A stretch of DNA of 64,000 bases from positions 31,401 through 95,400 of the forward strand of contig CBDCTH010000001.1 of NCBI GenBank assembly GCA_965222155.1, given 5' to 3'. Position numbers and translations under genes: made by a program. The DNA is from Gammaproteobacteria bacterium. GTDB taxonomy: Bacteria > Pseudomonadota > Gammaproteobacteria > Eutrophobiales > Eutrophobiaceae. Under the pieces are notes generated by a model, which worked only from the letters and a program-made list of their open reading frames with translations, was not told the origin of the DNA and did not search any database. Positions 58,161 to 64,000 of this stretch are shown here, piece after piece (position 1 is the stretch's first letter; each line of letters begins with the position of its first letter).

Positions 58161-59323
58161 GTCGGCCGCAGTTCGATGTCATGGATTTTTTTCAATGGCA
58201 AGGCGCTGATGGTGTCAGTGAGAGGATACTCCCGGTCACCGGGATAGATTACCCACAAGTGCTCCAGCCCCAGGTCTTCGATCACCACGTGCATGGATTT
58301 CGTCGTTCGTGGGGCGTCGGTGCATTTGAACTCGAAGCCCCAGCGCCGTCCGCGCCGTAATAACATCAGGTCCAGCTCAGCGCCACGCTGGGTCCTGTAG
58401 AAATAGGCATCGCGTTCACCATGCGCATTGAGCGTCTGCTCCAGGGCGAACCCCTCCCAGCTGGCGCCATAGCGCGGATGTACCTGTAACTCCTTCATTT
58501 CTTCCAGCCCCAGCAGGAAATGCAAGACCCCACTATCGCGCAGGAAGACCCTGGGAGACTTGATTATGCGCTTGCCAAGTCTCTCGAACCAGGGTGGCAG
58601 TACACGCAGCATGAAAGATCCCGCCAGCAGGTCGCGGTAATGGTTTGCTGCCGTGACACTTACGTCCATCGAGCGCCCCACCTCTGCCGCGTTCCAGGTT
58701 TGTCCGTGATAATGCGCCAGCATTCTCCAGAAGCGGCCCAGGGCCTCAGGAGACACCTTTGACCCCAGCCCGGGAATGTCCCGCTCCAGAAATGTGCGTG
58801 TAAAGGACTGCATCCAACGTGTCCATGCCGCCGCTGACGGCGCCAGCCAGGCTCGTGGAAAGCCGCCGCGCATCCAGAGTCGGTCCTGGTTTTGTGGACC
58901 TACCTCGGCAAGAGAGAAGCCTCCTACGTCAACGAACAGGATCCGCCCTGCCAGCGTTTCAGAAACCCCTTTTATCAAGTCCCAGGAAGCGCTACCCAAC
59001 AGCAGAAAGACTGCTTTCCGGTTTCGGCTGTCACAGATCGGACGCAGTACTTCAAAAAGTTCCGGCATCCGCTGCACCTCGTCGAGGACAACCAGGCCCT
59101 CGCTCTCGCGCAGCAGCTTTTCCGGAGTTACCGACAGCGCTTCCCGTGTGGTGGCCACCTCCAGGTCGAAAACCGTGAATGGCCCTGGCCACCCGGATAC
59201 CACCTGCTCGGCCAGGGTAGTTTTGCCGACCTGTCGAGCCCCCAACAATGCCACTACCGGGGCCTCTGAGAGCTGGCCGGTAGCTGCGGCGAGCAGGTCG
59301 GTGCGTGCAATATATTGTTGCAT
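58148..59323 (-). CDS. AAA+ ATPase with DUF4143-type C-terminal domain
   Basis: GARQVGKTT, LDEVQ, GS.S, GGFP, K.P..F..DSG, WEG, ELD. Confidence 0.9.
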   Translation of the reverse strand: MQQYIARTDLLAAATGQLSEAPVVALLGARQVGKTTLAEQVVSGWPGPFTVFDLEVATTREALSVTPEKLLRESEGLVVLDEVQRMPELFEVLRPICDSRNRKAVFLLLGSASWDLIKGVSETLAGRILFVDVGGFSLAEVGPQNQDRLWMRGGFPRAWLAPSAAAWTRWMQSFTRTFLERDIPGLGSKVSPEALGRFWRMLAHYHGQTWNAAEVGRSMDVSVTAANHYRDLLAGSFMLRVLPPWFERLGKRIIKSPRVFLRDSGVLHFLLGLEEMKELQVHPRYGASWEGFALEQTLNAHGERDAYFYRTQRGAELDLMLLRRGRRWGFEFKCTDAPRTTKSMHVVIEDLGLEHLWVIYPGDREYPLTDTISALPLKKIHDIELRPTLIS

Positions 59324-59396
59324 ATCTATCTTTTAGAATAAGATAAACAACAATTAAATCACAGGTAGTCTGTCCCGTCAAGACACAATATCCGGG

Positions 59397-59925
59397 CTAT
59401 ATGTGTCGCCCACCTCTGCGGATACGCCAGCTGTCAAGGAAGACAGCAATAATTATTACTCCCCCCGTTATCAGACGTTTTGCCGGTTCGGATACTCCTA
59501 TCTGCGCCAGTCCGCTTTGCAATACCGCGACGATTAAAACTCCTGCGAATGCGCCGATGATAGTGCCGCGACCACCCATTAAACTTGTGCCGCCGATAAC
59601 GGCCGCGGCAATTGCAGCCAATTCCATACCGGAGCCGGCATTCGGGTCCGCTGACCCGAGGTAGGCTGCGTTGAATACACCTCCGAGACCTGCCAGAGCC
59701 CCTGAAACAGCCAGTACCAGCAGGCGATAGAATCTGGTATCGATTCCGGACATCCTCGCTGCCTGGGCATTGGTTCCTGTGGCTGTGATATAGCGTCCCA
59801 GTACTGTTCTGGTCAAAATAAACTGGCCCGCGATGACCGTCGTAAGGGCAATAATTAATGCAACGGAAACGCCTGTTCCCGGTATCGGCAACGCGAGTTT
59901 CTGGATTGAGGCGCCTATATACTCA
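59397..59925 (-). pseudogene. sugar ABC permease (RbsC-like), 3' half only
   Basis: GR...A.G.N..AA..SGI, ELAAIAAAVIGGTSL.GG.G. Confidence 0.8.
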
Positions 59926-60085
59926 GAAAGCCCGCAAGAATACTGCCAAGGGTTGTTTTGCTGGCGCCATTTTCGCCTACGATGGCATGTATTTCGCCAC
60001 GCGCAATTGTCAGGGTGACATCGGTAAGAACGGGTGTTGAAAACGACTTGTTAAGGTTCGAGATACTTAAACGAGTCGACGCCAT
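59915..60085 (-). pseudogene. sugar ABC ATPase (RbsA-like), N-terminal 56 codons only
   Basis: [21 protein letters not shown]....[17 protein letters not shown], then stop. Confidence 0.8.
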
Positions 60086-60092
60086 CCCCCGG

Positions 60093-61103
60093 CTACTCTA
60101 CAGAGACTTTGGTTATCAGATCCAATGGGGTTGTTTTATCTTCAATTGTTGAACCGGAAGATAATGCCTCAAGCGCATATTCGATTCCATACACAGCCAA
60201 CAGGTCTGCGTGCTGATCAATGGTCGCCAATACTTTTTCTTCCCTGATGAGGTCATGAATCGCAGAAATATTATCGAAACCGACAATTTTTAATTCACCC
60301 GTCTTCCCAGCCTGGGCAACGGCCGCCGCGGCGCCCAGAGCCATGTTGTCATTTCCGCACAGGATAGCTGCCAGTTCAGGATGATGTACCAGCATGGCCG
60401 CCGTTACCGTCACCGCCAACGTCTGGTCCCATTGGGCACTTTGTTGCGCCACGATATCCATTCCCGCATCGGTCATTGCCTTTCGGAACCCGTCCGTACG
60501 TCGTTGCGAATTAAAAGCTGTAGGCACGCCTTCGAGTATGGCGACCTGCGCTCCGGCGGTCAGTTTTGACGCAAGGTATTCGCCAACCCGTTCAGCGCCG
60601 CGGAAATTGTCCGGCCCGACAAATGGAATTTTCAGGTCATACTCGTCAAGTATCTTTTTTTCCAACCGGTTGTCTATATTGATAATGGCAATACCTGCGG
60701 AATGCGCTCTTGCCAGTGCGGGGATAACCGCCTTTGAGTTAGCCGGTGAGATAACGATGGCGTCCACCCTGGAAGCAATCATTTGATCGATTAGGGCAAC
60801 TTGCTGAGCAAGATCGACTTCATTCTTTATGCCATTGATAACCAGGGTGTAACGCTCATGGTTAGCAGCCTGATGTGCCTTTGCCCCTTCTGCCATGGTG
60901 ACAAAAAATTCATTTGCGAGAGATTTCATGATAAGCGCAATCGTCGGGCGTTTTATGTCCATGTTGTCCTGGTCGGTACCCGGCTCCGCCCGCTCCAGAT
61001 CGCCGCAGGATATGGCGACCGATAAACATAGTGCCGCCGTTATGGCACTCAAATTATGTTGCATGATAAACTCGGCAAGCTGTCTGTGTGGTTGGTTTGT
61101 CAT
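60093..61103 (-). CDS. sugar ABC periplasmic binding protein (RbsB-like)
   Basis: [23 protein letters not shown]; start uncertain. Confidence 0.88.
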   Translation of the reverse strand: MTNQPHRQLAEFIMQHNLSAITAALCLSVAISCGDLERAEPGTDQDNMDIKRPTIALIMKSLANEFFVTMAEGAKAHQAANHERYTLVINGIKNEVDLAQQVALIDQMIASRVDAIVISPANSKAVIPALARAHSAGIAIINIDNRLEKKILDEYDLKIPFVGPDNFRGAERVGEYLASKLTAGAQVAILEGVPTAFNSQRRTDGFRKAMTDAGMDIVAQQSAQWDQTLAVTVTAAMLVHHPELAAILCGNDNMALGAAAAVAQAGKTGELKIVGFDNISAIHDLIREEKVLATIDQHADLLAVYGIEYALEALSSGSTIEDKTTPLDLITKVSVE

Positions 61104-61319
61104 GCAGTCTGATCTTTCCCCCTGATCTGACCCACAGCAGGTGAGGGAAAATGGATCATATCATGCTGCCTGCTGGGCGAACACAGCGGGTGGTATGTAG
61201 CCCGATGAGCTGTGTCGTCGCACATGGTTGTAGTGTTGTATTCGCCTCTGATGTATCCCCGCAATGGGTTCCGAATGAGTGTATAGTTATGGGCAAGAAC
61301 TTAAGCTATACTTGCTATT

Positions 61320-61502
61320 ATGAGGCCAAAAGCGCTTTCCCTGAAAAACACCTACCTTGGAAATGCAAAGATCGCACGCAAAATGCGTGTCCGTTCTATT
61401 GCCAGTTCTACGGCAATAGAAACCCGGGAGTCTATTTCCTCCATTGAAGCTAAACTTAGAGATTCAAAGCGCTCTGCTCGCCGTGCAGTAACGCTTGCCT
61501 GA
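61320..61502 (+). CDS. small putative Fic antitoxin, copy 2
   Basis: 60 aa, ASSTAIET; TATACT 7 nt before ATG; 3' overlap with fic. Confidence 0.6.
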   Translation: MRPKALSLKNTYLGNAKIARKMRVRSIASSTAIETRESISSIEAKLRDSKRSARRAVTLA

Positions 61503-62100
61503 CAAAACCTTTCATTAGTTCATAGTTGCAATCCATCGCAGCTTGAATAGCTAGAAAGTAATCATCTCTATTACCATCCCATGAACTAAAGTCCAATTCA
61601 GGCCTGTTTGCTTGTAATGTCATCACATTTGCCAGTAAACGCGCAATCCTGCCATTACCTTCACGAAATGGATGAACTAAAATGAACTCTGCCTGCACAA
61701 TGGCAATAGCTTCAATGAGTTGTTCATCGCCCATTCGATCACAAGGCGTATACTGGCTAAGATATTTTTTGTCCAACTCTTTTAATAAGTAAGGTATTTG
61801 CCCAGCAGCAGCAAAATGAAAATCCCCCTTACCAATATTCACAGAACGCTCTTTCCCCGCCCATTCATACACGTTACCAAGCCACTTGCGGTGCCACTCA
61901 AAAACATCTGCTACTGTTATCACCTGATCTATTTCAACCTCTGATAACACTACGTCATACAACTGTTCTAACAAATCCAACTCAAGATCATTCATTTCCA
62001 GAACATCGGTTATGCCTAACTTATTGAGCAATACCAGACCATCAGAGCCCGGTTGATACTGGCCTTCTGTAGTACCTGATGGGTCGTATCGATCAAACAT
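61456..62100 (-). CDS. Fic-family protein
   Basis: Canonical HPFREGNGRIAR; NKLGI, YEWAG..R. Confidence 0.92.
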   Translation of the reverse strand: MFDRYDPSGTTEGQYQPGSDGLVLLNKLGITDVLEMNDLELDLLEQLYDVVLSEVEIDQVITVADVFEWHRKWLGNVYEWAGKERSVNIGKGDFHFAAAGQIPYLLKELDKKYLSQYTPCDRMGDEQLIEAIAIVQAEFILVHPFREGNGRIARLLANVMTLQANRPELDFSSWDGNRDDYFLAIQAAMDCNYELMKGFVRQALLHGEQSALNL

Positions 62101-62112
62101 GATTAAAGCGTC

Positions 62113-62535
62113 TTATGAATCGACTGTTTTGAGATCGAGATACTCGGCAAAACACTTGAGTGCTGTCCGCAATCCATTGACGTGTTCTATGTTCAGTGTG
62201 GGCGCCACGATGCGAAGATTATCTATCTCGTACGCACGTGTTTCGACAATGAGGAACTCTGTCCGCTCGGTCTGCTTATTTAGAAAATCTACGATGCTGC
62301 GTAGCTCATTACCCGAGTCTTCGAGAAAGAAGATTATGCGAAGCTGGCCTTGGCGTAGATTCTCGATCACACTATCGAAATAATCATCCCCGGTATCACT
62401 TATGCTGAGTCGCCCAAACTCTTTTTTCAGGCTACAGTTCCTTTTATCGGCGGTTTCAGAGGCCATTCTCCCAAGTAGTTCACGGTACCTGTAGTGATGG
62501 CCATTTGTCGCATACTCAAGCACCTGTCCTACCAC
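62113..62535 (-). pseudogene. fragment of a hypothetical (nuclease-like) protein
   Basis: VGQVLEYA...RIIFFLE..ELR..VDFLN looks like an internal fragment. Confidence 0.45.
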
Positions 62536-63346
62536 TTACCGTCAGGACTGAGCACTTGATGTGGTCTAACCAATCATCGAATCTATCCGACAACGATTTC
62601 AACTCGTCCATCCAACCAACGTCTCTTGTGTAGACCAGTGACATCATATTACCATTTGCATTGATCTTGACTGCTCTTATGAATCCACCGTCATTCAAGA
62701 GTTTATCCAGAGAATCAACTACCTTATCCTGTGCATTGTCATTATTCGCGCTGTATGTCGAAATTTGTATTAGAATTTCACCGCATACGACATCAACTGT
62801 ATCCATAACCAAGTTTATATCCGAAGGATACATATTTTCATGCTTCGATTTTTTTGCTGGTCCGTGCCGATCATACATGTTCGGGTCGAATGAAAAAAGC
62901 GTCAGTGGAGCCTGCGGTAATCCGCGCTTGAATCGCTCTCTCCAATCGCCTTCAGCAATCTCGACATCTGCGTGACCAGCATATTGTTGCCTGAGTGCAT
63001 AGGCTGTTATACTATCCTCCTCACATAAAATCAGGGAAGATTTACCCTGCCAAACTTCCGATAGGAAAGCAGCGCTATTGGGATAACAATCGCCCACATC
63101 CAGTTTTTTCCATGCCTTTTCGTACCGGGAATTCTGGTTTGGTAAACATCTTCGTACTTTGTCAAACAATCGCGATGAATAATCTTTCTTATAACGGGAA
63201 TCGGCAAGAGGAGCCATGGCATGAGCGTCGATGAAACTTAGCCGGGAAGCATGCTGACCAATGATTACCAACAACTCGCAGAACAACCAATGTTGCATAA
63301 GATTACCCTGATTACCGCGATAATAGGTTACCTACGAGTACTTCAT
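62516..63346 (-). pseudogene. RlmJ-like SAM-dependent methyltransferase, TAG at codon 5 (or shorter start at 63298)
   Basis: RGNQGNLMQH, FIDAHA, YPNS, FDPNMY parallel RlmJ motifs. Confidence 0.5.
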
Positions 63347-63507
63347 GAAACCTTTCGATCATCTAAATAAGGGAGATATAATAACCCTATGCTAATCAAA
63401 TTATTCATCTTCTTCACAATAAACGTTCTAATAACATCCAATAACCACCTTTAAATTCATAACCTGTTGACTTTAAGAACTGAATTCCGAAGAAGTTTCA
63501 TAAAGAT

Positions 63508-64000
63508 ATGGCCCAGGTAATCAACCGCAGGGATCTGAATTTCCTGCTTCACGAGATGCTCGACATGGAGAGCCTGTGCATGCGGGCATATTTCGCCGGT
63601 CACGGACGTGACGTTTTCGACCCCATGCTCGATCTTGCCGAGGATATTGCCAGGGAGCACTTTCTTGCCTGCGCCGATGCCGGCGATAAACAGGCCGCCG
63701 AACTGGTGGACGGCAAGATGAGGATGATCCCGGAGGCGAAAACCGCCTTGGATAATATGTTTGAGGCCGGTTTTATTGCGTCCTGCCTGGGTGCTGAGTA
63801 TGGGGGCTTGCAACTGCCTGTCACGGTCGCCAGCGCCTGTATGGTGATATTTCAATCCGCGAACATGGGTTTGAGCGGTTTGCCGTTGCTCACGATGGGT
63901 GTCGCCAACCTGATCAACGCTTATGGCGGTGCTGAACAGAAAGCCTTGTACATTCCTCCGCTGCTGAACGGTGATTACTACGGCACCATGTGTTTATCGG
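63508..64000 (+). CDS. acyl-CoA dehydrogenase, 5' part (runs off window)
   Basis: MAQVINRRDLNFLLHEML...EYGGLQLP...LT.G..NLI.AYG..EQK...GTMCLS. Confidence 0.85.
   Translation, partial: MAQVINRRDLNFLLHEMLDMESLCMRAYFAGHGRDVFDPMLDLAEDIAREHFLACADAGDKQAAELVDGKMRMIPEAKTALDNMFEAGFIASCLGAEYGGLQLPVTVASACMVIFQSANMGLSGLPLLTMGVANLINAYGGAEQKALYIPPLLNGDYYGTMCLS

Overview
Bacterial chromosomal window, most likely a Gammaproteobacterium (inferred from gene content), rich in repeats and decaying genes. (1) 1-10.6 kb is an accessory region: a Uma2 nuclease, an intact IS21 element, an IS5 remnant, three near-identical coiled-coil PD-(D/E)XK nuclease-like genes that differ in 21-bp repeat number, an AAA ATPase, and an exact 3 x 297-bp tandem array of a highly foldable non-coding unit. 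(2) 10.7-33.2 kb is a tetrahydromethanopterin/methanofuran C1-transfer cluster. It holds two formyl-transfer modules in one operon-like run (fwdD-fwdB-fwdA-ftr-fwdC-ferredoxin-ferredoxin:NADP reductase, then fhcB-fhcA-[IS4]-fhcD-fhcC), plus mptG, mch, orf7, fae, orf17, orf9, pabB and orf21. (3) nrdAB, with a LAGLIDADG intein whose +1 residue is Gly; lpdA; a padBCD-like molybdoenzyme operon. (4) BrnTA, RidA, a TonB receptor, metZ with a SAM-II riboswitch, AbiE TA, acyl-CoA ligase, aldehyde dehydrogenase, SDR, Fic modules and several deletion remnants. Most striking non-standard signal: nested palindromic repeats sit at operon junctions and even in frame inside fhcB. At several junctions the inserted DNA forms stop-free mini-ORFs running from the upstream stop codon to the downstream start (ATGA overlaps), an apparent translational-coupling relay. 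All calls come from motif reading by eye; no database searches were run.
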